From Polyangiales bacterium (GTDB lineage Bacteria > Myxococcota_A > Polyangia > Polyangiales > Ga0077539), in the NCBI GenBank assembly GCA_044229975.1, contig JBGARZ010000009.1, forward strand, positions 219,947 through 283,946: a stretch of 64,000 bases of DNA, given 5' to 3'. Shown here one piece after another: positions 38,201 to 44,793 of this stretch. Below the pieces are notes generated by a model. It had not been told where the DNA came from. It did no database searches and saw only the letters and a list, made by a program, of their open reading frames with translations. The translations under genes were made by a program, and so were the position numbers. Each line of letters begins with the position of its first letter. Positions within the stretch are counted from its first letter, which is position 1.

Positions 38201-38345
38201 GGAGGGTCTCGTAGACGGCGGAGACCTGGTGGGGCAGCGGATCGATGCGCGCGACGTGGACGGCGAGGCGCGGGTCGAAGAGCGCCGCGTGGAGGACGCG
38301 CCAGGACTCGAGGGCCAGTCGCACGGGGTCGGGGGTGGTTCCCAT
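35223..38345 (-). CDS. SNF2-family helicase (DrmD / MADS-helicase-like) with a long C-terminal extension
   Basis: LADDPGAGKT, DEAHRL, MSATPHDGS, helicase-C motifs FLVATDAAGEGINLQ and QRFGRVHRIGQ. 1040 aa. Confidence 0.8.
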   Translation of the reverse strand: MGTTPDPVRLALESWRVLHAALFDPRLAVHVARIDPLPHQVSAVYETLLVQRPLRFVLADDPGAGKTIMAGLLITEMRARGLLRNCVVVAPGSLVDQWRDELWTRFDLRFDLPTRTDLVRADEWFVEHPFAVVRLDQVARDPAFVARVAAVHWDLAVFDEAHRLSTGWNGQRLDPTQRFSFARRVAAEARDVLLMSATPHDGSEERFQAFLQLVDGDRFAGKFRDGVHTPRIDDLIHRRLKEDLVRFDGSALFPPRRAVTVNFALSPREKSLYESVTQYVRTEFDRAEATEGRGRTVGFALTVLQRRLASSPSAIHRSLSSRRAKLAARLAALRARSFRAEEESLSDDELESALDLPGAETEAEESALAEGATAARSIDELADEVDRLAELEVESRALLQAKVDCKRERVAELLTSAAMVDRLGRRRKLVVFTEHRDTLTYVADFLANLRGRAECVVTIDGSMDRAQRLAAQRAFADEEGTEFLVATDAAGEGINLQCASLVLNWDIPWSPARIEQRFGRVHRIGQTETCQLWNLVADGTRETEVFQALCRRLEEESKSLRGQVFDVLGAAFSERPLRDFLLDAVRGGRHEAARAGDAVGRQVDEAVTRQHEFSRRVDETAAREAAARQLRALRDDMDRAAGQQLGRACLEPWFVAALGSIQGRAFPRSEGRYAVNFTPPAWRAHDATLPQRPPPIGFDPLAGDEVVRLTAAHPWARALALAVARDALHTPAAYVDPFDGGSEPWWLVAVSQALTHGEGARLDEAAWLVAVRADGSVRPLAGPAHLDLRSTTDEERACLAAMDPALPARPDSLRAAIDEALLVPWRRAVRTRHEKAIDVIEREVMARLSAETQQAHRLKVEAQARGHHGAKKAQQQSELEKTLRGRMFERRAELAGLRAVAEGDVDIVAVVPVVPAGLVGGLALDGGRDEVAIAAVMRAEALRGRDLRDVRAQRAGWDLEAREPATGALRFWVVRGVPEGAASVTLRRSEAMALRHAPERVALVVVEVNDEGTTGIPVVLDGLAGAMPGFEEPVVVVALG

Positions 38346-38372
38346 CGGAGCGCGGAGGATGAGAGCGCGCGC

Positions 38373-40946
38373 CTAGACCACGATGGCCGCGAGAGTGGTC
38401 TCGACCTCGTCGAGGCCGGGCCGCGCTCCGGGCTCGTGGGTGGTGCATGCGCGCGAGAGCTTCACCCACGACGGCAGCATCACCTTGTCGACGTCGGTCT
38501 GGCCGGTGAGCAGATAGGCGAGCAGCTTGCCGAAGGCGTAGACGTCCGCGCTCGGGTGGGCCTCGGCGCCGTCGACCTGCTCGGGGGGCGCGAAGCCCGG
38601 CGTGCCGAGTCCTGCAAAGGTGCGGTGCTGCGTGACGAGGCGGCGGAGGTTCTTGGCGATGCCGAAGTCTCCGAGCTTCCAGCGGCCGCCTACGCAGAGC
38701 ACGTTCTCTGGCTTGAGGTCTCGGTGCACGACGTCGAGGGAGTGCAGCTCACGCAGGGCGGCGAGCACGGTGAGCGCGATGGCCTTCGACTCGGCAGGCG
38801 TGAGCGGCTCGGGCTTCGCGCGGACGAAGGCGTCGAGGGTGCCGCCATCGGCGAACTCGGTGAGCAGAGCCACGTGGGTGTCGTTGTGCTCGATGCCGAG
38901 CACCCGCAGCACGCCGTCGGAGTCGGCGCGGTGCAGCCGCGTGTAAACGTCGATCTCCCGGCGCAGCGCGTCGCCCGCGAGCCCGTCGACCGGGACCTTC
39001 TTCATGAACGCGATGGTGCCGTCGCGCCCGCGCACCTTGAAACCATCGGACATGCCGCCGCCGGGCATTCGCGCGAGCACCTCGTACTGATCGAAGAGCG
39101 TCTCGGTGGGGCGGCGGTCTTCGCTCACCACCGTCGGCAGCGGGCCGCCGAAGGTGCGACGGGTCTCCTCGGAGTCGCGGCCGTTGATGGGCTTGCCGGT
39201 CAGGCGCTCGACGCCGTCGAGGAGGCGTCGGGCGCGCTCGCGGTAGAAGGTCGCGAAGTCGTCCTGCCGCAGCGAGCGGGCGTCCATGCAGTGGGTGCGG
39301 AGGAGCTCGTCTAGGTCATTGGCCTTCACTCCGCCGCGCTCGACGCGCGCGAGGTACACCGATGGGTTGACCAGGCCGAGCCGCTTCCAGGTGCGCGAGG
39401 TGCGCGGCGTTTTGTTGAGGATCGACTTCTGGATCGACGGCGGAAACTGCCCCGTCTTCCCCGTGAACCACGAGTCGGGGAAGGCGTGGTGGAGGTCGAC
39501 GTCCTGGGCGAAGTAGGTCGACCGCTCGATCTCGTCGCCCGACAGAAGGTCGCGGGCGCCACGTTGCAGCAGCAGCGCCATGAAACCCTTGTAGGCGGCG
39601 CTGAGTCGCATCGAGAGGGTGGCGAGTCGCGACGGTGAGAAGTTGCAGTCGCGCACGGTGGATGGCTCAGGGCCGCCGTCGATCCAGAGCAGCACCTCGG
39701 AGATGTCCTTGCCGAAGCGCGTCTCGGTGGTTCCGCCGTAGAGCTCGCCGAAGACGCCGCACCAGTACCAGCGGAGGAGCTTCTCCCGCGCGGTGGGCTC
39801 GTCGACGCGCGGACCGAGCGCCGCCGCGATGGCCGCGAAGGGGATGAGCTGGCTCTTGTAGGGGAGGTACCGGGTGTCGAAGATGCGCTCGCGTTCGAGG
39901 AGCCGCGACGCGGTGACGAAGCCCTCGTACACGGCATCGGCGTGGACGTTGTACTCCTCCAGCGGGAGGTTGAGCATGTCGACGCGCCGGCAGCCGACGT
40001 GGATCCGGCGGTCGTTGGCGCCGCGCTTCCACGACGAGAGCAGGGAGATGGCCTGGAGGAAATCGGTGGCGATGATCTCACCGAGGATGCCGTGAGCGGC
40101 GAGCGCGCGCTGGCGCTTGTCCCACTCGACGCGCATGTCGACCGAGCGCGCGGCGTAGGTGGCGGTGACGAGTTCGAAGACGTCGAGGGGCTTGCCGCCG
40201 GTGTTCACCTTCTCGAAGACCATGCAGATGGCCTGTCGCGAGGTGGTGCGCCCGAGCTCGATGGAGGGCACGCGGTACTGCTGAATCGACTGGATCACCT
40301 CGCGCTCAAAGCGGTTCCAGAGTTTCGCGATCTCGGCCGCGTGCTGGTGAAAGTCGCTCAGCCCGTAGCGCCAGTCCTGACTCGCGGCGACGTCGAAGAC
40401 GGTGGCGACGGGAATGCAGAGGTTCTCGTAACACTTCTCCGGGGTCGACAGGTCGAGGTCGATGGTCCGATTGAAATTGCTCCGTACCTGCAAGGAAGGG
40501 TCGAGCGCGAGCACGGCTTCCTTCCGCTCGATGCCCTCGTCGAGGCACTTGCGGATGTCGAAGAAGTACACCCGCTTGATGGCGTTGCCCTTGGTGTCGA
40601 GAGTGGGCACCGGCACGCCCGCCCGGAAGGTCGAATAGAGGGCGGTGAGGCGCTGCTGCCCATCCAGGATGAGGCGCCGCTCCAGCCCCGGGTTTTCGGG
40701 CGCGCCCTCGACGGAGCGGGCCTTGAACTGCACGTCGCCCCCGCACTCGAGGAGCAACACCGCGCCGACAGGCCAGGCCTGCGACACCGACGCGACGAGG
40801 TCACTGATGCGATCGTCGTCCCAGACCCACGAGCGCTGGAAGTCGGGAAGCTGGAGCACCCCGCGGTGGATCTCTTCGAGGAGATCGCGGAGGGGCGTCT
40901 CGGCCGGACGAAAGGTCATCTGTGCGGGCATCGGGGCGCATGACAC
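38373..40946 (-). CDS. GmrSD-like type IV restriction enzyme (DUF262 ParB-like plus DUF1524 His-Me nuclease) fused to a C-terminal Ser/Thr protein kinase
   Basis: DUF262: LPDFQRSWVWDDDRISDL...LILDGQQRLTAL. DUF1524: DLHHAFPDSWF. Kinase: AFMK, HRDLKPENV, DFG, GTPGFAPPE. Confidence 0.7.
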   Translation of the reverse strand: MSCAPMPAQMTFRPAETPLRDLLEEIHRGVLQLPDFQRSWVWDDDRISDLVASVSQAWPVGAVLLLECGGDVQFKARSVEGAPENPGLERRLILDGQQRLTALYSTFRAGVPVPTLDTKGNAIKRVYFFDIRKCLDEGIERKEAVLALDPSLQVRSNFNRTIDLDLSTPEKCYENLCIPVATVFDVAASQDWRYGLSDFHQHAAEIAKLWNRFEREVIQSIQQYRVPSIELGRTTSRQAICMVFEKVNTGGKPLDVFELVTATYAARSVDMRVEWDKRQRALAAHGILGEIIATDFLQAISLLSSWKRGANDRRIHVGCRRVDMLNLPLEEYNVHADAVYEGFVTASRLLERERIFDTRYLPYKSQLIPFAAIAAALGPRVDEPTAREKLLRWYWCGVFGELYGGTTETRFGKDISEVLLWIDGGPEPSTVRDCNFSPSRLATLSMRLSAAYKGFMALLLQRGARDLLSGDEIERSTYFAQDVDLHHAFPDSWFTGKTGQFPPSIQKSILNKTPRTSRTWKRLGLVNPSVYLARVERGGVKANDLDELLRTHCMDARSLRQDDFATFYRERARRLLDGVERLTGKPINGRDSEETRRTFGGPLPTVVSEDRRPTETLFDQYEVLARMPGGGMSDGFKVRGRDGTIAFMKKVPVDGLAGDALRREIDVYTRLHRADSDGVLRVLGIEHNDTHVALLTEFADGGTLDAFVRAKPEPLTPAESKAIALTVLAALRELHSLDVVHRDLKPENVLCVGGRWKLGDFGIAKNLRRLVTQHRTFAGLGTPGFAPPEQVDGAEAHPSADVYAFGKLLAYLLTGQTDVDKVMLPSWVKLSRACTTHEPGARPGLDEVETTLAAIVV

Positions 40947-40978
40947 CCGATGGCCACCCGCAGCGTCAATGGCGGTGT

Positions 40979-41878
40979 TCAGGCCGCGCGCGAGAAGCGT
41001 TCGAAGCGTTGCGCGAGGAACTCTTCACGGGGCCGCACGCTCGACGGCCAGCGGACGCTCGCGCGGTCGAAGGGCTTGAGCGCTGCGTCGAGCACGGGCC
41101 CCGCACTCGGCGCCGCGGCGAGCGAGGGCGCGAGGTGGATGGTGCCCGCGTGCGAGACGCCCAGCAGGTCGAGGTCAAAGACGTCGCGGTGGAGGAGGCA
41201 GAGCGGGAGGGCGTTGTCCTCCTCGGGCGCTCCGCGGCGGGCGCCGTCAGGCCAGACCACCGAGGCGTCGAGGAGTGCCTGCGTTGAGAGCGAGCAGACG
41301 GCACAGCGATGCTCCCAGGCCGCGAGGGTGCGGTCGCGAAGGATGACGTGCTCCCAGCGGGGTTTGGCGACGACGGTGCGTCGGCGGAGTTCGGCGGTGG
41401 TGACGCGCGAGGCGAGGTCGTCGGCGGTACCGATGACGACCTCGGCGGTCAGCGCGCTCCGATCGATGCCGCTCGCATACGCCGGAAACAGGGCGAGGTA
41501 GCGGGCGGGTGCCACGCCAAAGAAGTAGATCATCGGCGCGTCGAGGCTCGCCGAGTATTCGAGTGCGTTGTTGTCGAAGGCGTCGGGATCGGTGCCCTGG
41601 AAGCGATAGACGAAGCCGCCCTCCACGGTGAGGTCGTCGTAGCGCGCGACTCGCCCCGCCTTCGGGATGGTCGACTTGATCGAGAGTGCGCCGGCGACCA
41701 TCTGCTTCGGCCGGAAGATGCCCCGCGCCCGATTGGCGAAGAGCACCCGCTCACCGCGGAACTGGAAGCCTTCCGCGATGACCTCCCACGGCAGGATCTC
41801 GCCGTATCGGCGGACCAGCGTGCGCAGTCCATCGAAGGCCGCGAGTCGAATCTCCAGATCGGGATCGGTGACGCTCAT
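40979..41878 (-). CDS. HNH endonuclease with an N-terminal uncharacterised (possibly modification-sensing) domain
   Basis: C-terminal HNH: HRCAVCS...WPDG...DNALPLCLLHRDVFD. Start chosen at MSVTDPD (41878); the upstream extension is in a GC-rich artefact frame. Confidence 0.55.
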   Translation of the reverse strand: MSVTDPDLEIRLAAFDGLRTLVRRYGEILPWEVIAEGFQFRGERVLFANRARGIFRPKQMVAGALSIKSTIPKAGRVARYDDLTVEGGFVYRFQGTDPDAFDNNALEYSASLDAPMIYFFGVAPARYLALFPAYASGIDRSALTAEVVIGTADDLASRVTTAELRRRTVVAKPRWEHVILRDRTLAAWEHRCAVCSLSTQALLDASVVWPDGARRGAPEEDNALPLCLLHRDVFDLDLLGVSHAGTIHLAPSLAAAPSAGPVLDAALKPFDRASVRWPSSVRPREEFLAQRFERFSRAA

Positions 41879-42114
41879 CGGACGCCAGGCTACCGGCGAG
41901 CAGGGCGACGTCAACGACTGGGCGGAAGGGTTGCGGTGCTGCCGGAGTACCGTGGCGATCTCGGTTCTCACTTCTCTCGACCTCGTCCGATGCGGCCGAG
42001 CCCACTGCCAATCGGTGGGCGAGATGTCAGATCGTTCACCGGAGGGGCGTCGAACCGGTGCTTTGTCCAAGAACACCGGTGGTGGGGCGCAGGCCCACCA
42101 AGGATGCTCGCCGC
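41879..42114. promoter_or_regulatory. Divergent intergenic region; likely promoter(s) for the minus-strand defence super-operon and the plus-strand enzyme cluster
   Basis: Only sizeable non-coding gap between the two oppositely oriented gene arrays. AAGGA is 10 nt upstream of the 42115 ATG. Confidence 0.35.
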
Positions 42115-44196
42115 ATGTCCAACTCGCTTCCACTGCCGCTCTCCCAGCAGATCATGGCGTGGCTCGTCCAGGCACTCGGTCTCGATACCGCGCCCTCGCG
42201 GAACCGCCGCCTGTCCTCCGGCACGCTCAAGGGTGCCCGGCTGGGCAAGATCATCGCGCGAAGCTGGCGCGATCTCGTGAAGGAAGTGACCGCGCTGCTC
42301 GGTCTTCCGCAGGTCGCACACGAACTGTGGCCGACTCTGCTCCGCCGTTGGGACGCCACCGTGAGCGCGATGCACGCTCCGGAGCTCGACCCTGGCGACG
42401 CGCTCCTCCCGGTGCTGCGCATGGCCGTCCCGCGGATCGGGATCCGACTGGGCGCGCTGGCCGCGCTCGCCTGCTCCGCGTCGGGAGCTTCGAAGGACCG
42501 ATGGGAGTGGCTCTGTGATCCCCTCGACCCGCACCTGCCGCGACGGGTGCTGGAGGGATTGCTCTCGGTGCATCGTCCCGAGTGGCGGACCTGGGAGCAG
42601 CGCTACGAAAAGCTCAGAGGCGCAGTCGACCAACGAACGATCGAGAGCTGGAACGCCGGGGCCATCCTGGGGCCCAAGGTCATCGCGAAGATCGCCGCAG
42701 CGGTGCACCCCAGAGTCGCAGCACCGCTCCGTTGGGCGCGGGCGGCGATGGTCTTGCGGCGCGACCTGGAAGAGTCGGTCGACGCCGCGGCGGTGGACTC
42801 CTGGCGGGACGCCGTCCGACAGGTCGCGTCCTCGACCCTGGCGACCCTCATGGATCCGATGGCGGTGTCCCGCGTCGCCGAACTCTGGACCGAAGAGATC
42901 GCCCACGCGAGCGGTCCAGAGGTCACGGTCCTCCTCGCCAACCTTGCACAGATGGCCGGCGTCGAAACGCGTGCGGACGACACGGCTCCGTGGCTCGAGC
43001 GAGCCGCAGCAGCGAAGTTCAGCGATCGCTCCCCGAGGCGGGCGGAGACCCATGCCGTACTCCTGCTGACGATCCTGCAGCCGCACGCCCGACTCGTCAG
43101 CGCGGCGATCGGACGCGACAACTCCCAGAACGCGGAGGCGCTGGCCTCGGCGGATCTCGGGCGCTGGCTGATGGGCGAGTGGGAGCTTCTGTCGATGCTC
43201 CGTCGCCTCGCGCGAGGGAAGCCGATCGCGTTGCAGCTTGACGGTCGCCTCAGGACGACCGGCCCGGTCCCCGACGAGGTGCGCGACGCCGCAACGATGG
43301 AGCTCGAGCGGGCGGCCCGTTTCGTCCAGAGTCGAGAAGACGTCGCACGGTCGGACGAGGCCGAGAGCACCGTGTTCTCCTTCCTCTTCGACGGAAACGG
43401 CGATGCGTACCGGGCGGCGCGCTCCGCCTCGATGTTGGAGTTTCCGCTCGCGGTGATCGATCGAGGCGTGGAGCGCTCGATGTCGGAAGAAGACGTGCGC
43501 GCGATCCCCGAACTCGCCTGCGCGCGGGCGCGTCGGCTGGCGGAGGGCGGCGATGTTATCGCCGCGATGGCCATGCTCGAATCTGTAGGCGTCCATGATC
43601 ATCTCCCGGATCGGTCGGCGCGACGCGATCTCTCTCGGGCACTGATCGCGGTCGCGCACGCGCAACTGGACCAACACTACGAGAGTGTTCGAGAGTGGCT
43701 GGAGGTAAGGGCGTCGTTCATCGTCGGGGATGACGCGCTGGCGATCGGTGACGCGCTCATGGCGCTCGCCGACCAGATCGTCTCCGCACTCTCCGCGCTG
43801 AGTTCACTGCACGACTCCGCGGCCTTCATGCTCGCCCTACCCGGTGTTGCCGAGCCACCCATCGACTCCTTTGTGATGTCCTTCCCGTTTGCCCTGCGAT
43901 GCGAAGGCGTCTTTCGAGCACTCGACCGCGAGAGCACGCTGCGGCCCGACTCGCGGACCTCCGCGGCGGTGCTTGCTTCTTGGGCAGAGAAGAACCCGAA
44001 CGACGGCGAAGTGGCCGCGCTCCTCGCCGTCTGGGCTCGATTCAACGGCAGCTCTCCGGCGACGCAAGCCAAGGCCGACAAGGGCTGTGAGCACCTCGGC
44101 ACCGCGCCGCTGCGTGACCAATGGATCAATCGCCTCAAGCGCGACCTCTCTTTGATGATGAACGCCGGTTCTGGGCTGAAGGCGGGGGAGGCATGA
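42115..44196 (+). CDS. Hypothetical alpha-helical protein (693 aa), first gene of the plus-strand cluster
   Basis: ATG with an upstream AAGGA. High GC3. No recognisable domain. Confidence 0.5.
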   Translation: MSNSLPLPLSQQIMAWLVQALGLDTAPSRNRRLSSGTLKGARLGKIIARSWRDLVKEVTALLGLPQVAHELWPTLLRRWDATVSAMHAPELDPGDALLPVLRMAVPRIGIRLGALAALACSASGASKDRWEWLCDPLDPHLPRRVLEGLLSVHRPEWRTWEQRYEKLRGAVDQRTIESWNAGAILGPKVIAKIAAAVHPRVAAPLRWARAAMVLRRDLEESVDAAAVDSWRDAVRQVASSTLATLMDPMAVSRVAELWTEEIAHASGPEVTVLLANLAQMAGVETRADDTAPWLERAAAAKFSDRSPRRAETHAVLLLTILQPHARLVSAAIGRDNSQNAEALASADLGRWLMGEWELLSMLRRLARGKPIALQLDGRLRTTGPVPDEVRDAATMELERAARFVQSREDVARSDEAESTVFSFLFDGNGDAYRAARSASMLEFPLAVIDRGVERSMSEEDVRAIPELACARARRLAEGGDVIAAMAMLESVGVHDHLPDRSARRDLSRALIAVAHAQLDQHYESVREWLEVRASFIVGDDALAIGDALMALADQIVSALSALSSLHDSAAFMLALPGVAEPPIDSFVMSFPFALRCEGVFRALDRESTLRPDSRTSAAVLASWAEKNPNDGEVAALLAVWARFNGSSPATQAKADKGCEHLGTAPLRDQWINRLKRDLSLMMNAGSGLKAGEA

Positions 44197-44218
44197 CGTC
44201 CGTGGAGGTCACTCATCC

Positions 44219-44542
44219 ATGGAACATCCCGATTCATCAGCACCCCAGGCCCGCGCGGGCCGCGTCGCCGTCTTCGGTGGAGACGCCCGACAGAAGCGCC
44301 GCTTCCAACACCTCGGCGAGGTCGCCTTCTACCCGGCCGCGGAGTGCGGTGGCCCCCACCACGCGCAGCGGCTCATCGATTCGATCCGGCATGGCGGTGT
44401 CGTGCGGGTCTTCATTCTCGCGCGGTGGAACGGCCACAGCACATCGGGCCGTGTCCGCGACGTCGCCCGACGACACGGCGTTCCCGTGACGATTCTCACG
44501 GGGGTACAGGCTCCCCGCATCGACGCTTCGAAGAAGGGATGA
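44219..44542 (+). CDS. Small conserved hypothetical protein (107 aa; DUF2325-like fold suspected)
   Basis: RVAVFGGDARQ...VRVFILARWNGHS...GVPVTILTG. GC3-biased. Confidence 0.4.
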   Translation: MEHPDSSAPQARAGRVAVFGGDARQKRRFQHLGEVAFYPAAECGGPHHAQRLIDSIRHGGVVRVFILARWNGHSTSGRVRDVARRHGVPVTILTGVQAPRIDASKKG

Positions 44543-44547
44543 CACGC

Positions 44548-44793
44548 ATGACCAGGCAGATTCTCATTGCGGGGTCGTGCGGCCTCGTCGAACGCGCTCG
44601 GCCCCCCTCGCTCACCGCCACGGGCTACGCCGTAGGTGGTTTCGACGTGGCGCCGCCGCGCACCTACGACGTCGCGCGCTTCGTGGGCAACCCGTCGCAC
44701 GCCCTCGACCGGCTCGACTGGCGCCCGACGACTCCGCTGTCCGAGAGCCTCGACCGACTGATCACGACGTTCCGCGAGGAGGGATCCCAATGA
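44548..44793 (+). CDS. Micro-ORF resembling the fused N- and C-termini of an NAD-dependent epimerase/dehydratase; gene remnant or small coupled ORF
   Basis: MTRQILIAGSCG resembles the Rossmann N-terminus; YDVARFVGNPSHALDRLDWRPTTPLSESLDRLITTF resembles the epimerase C-terminal tail. Stop overlaps the next ATG (ATGA). RBS AAGGGA. Confidence 0.3.
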   Translation: MTRQILIAGSCGLVERARPPSLTATGYAVGGFDVAPPRTYDVARFVGNPSHALDRLDWRPTTPLSESLDRLITTFREEGSQ

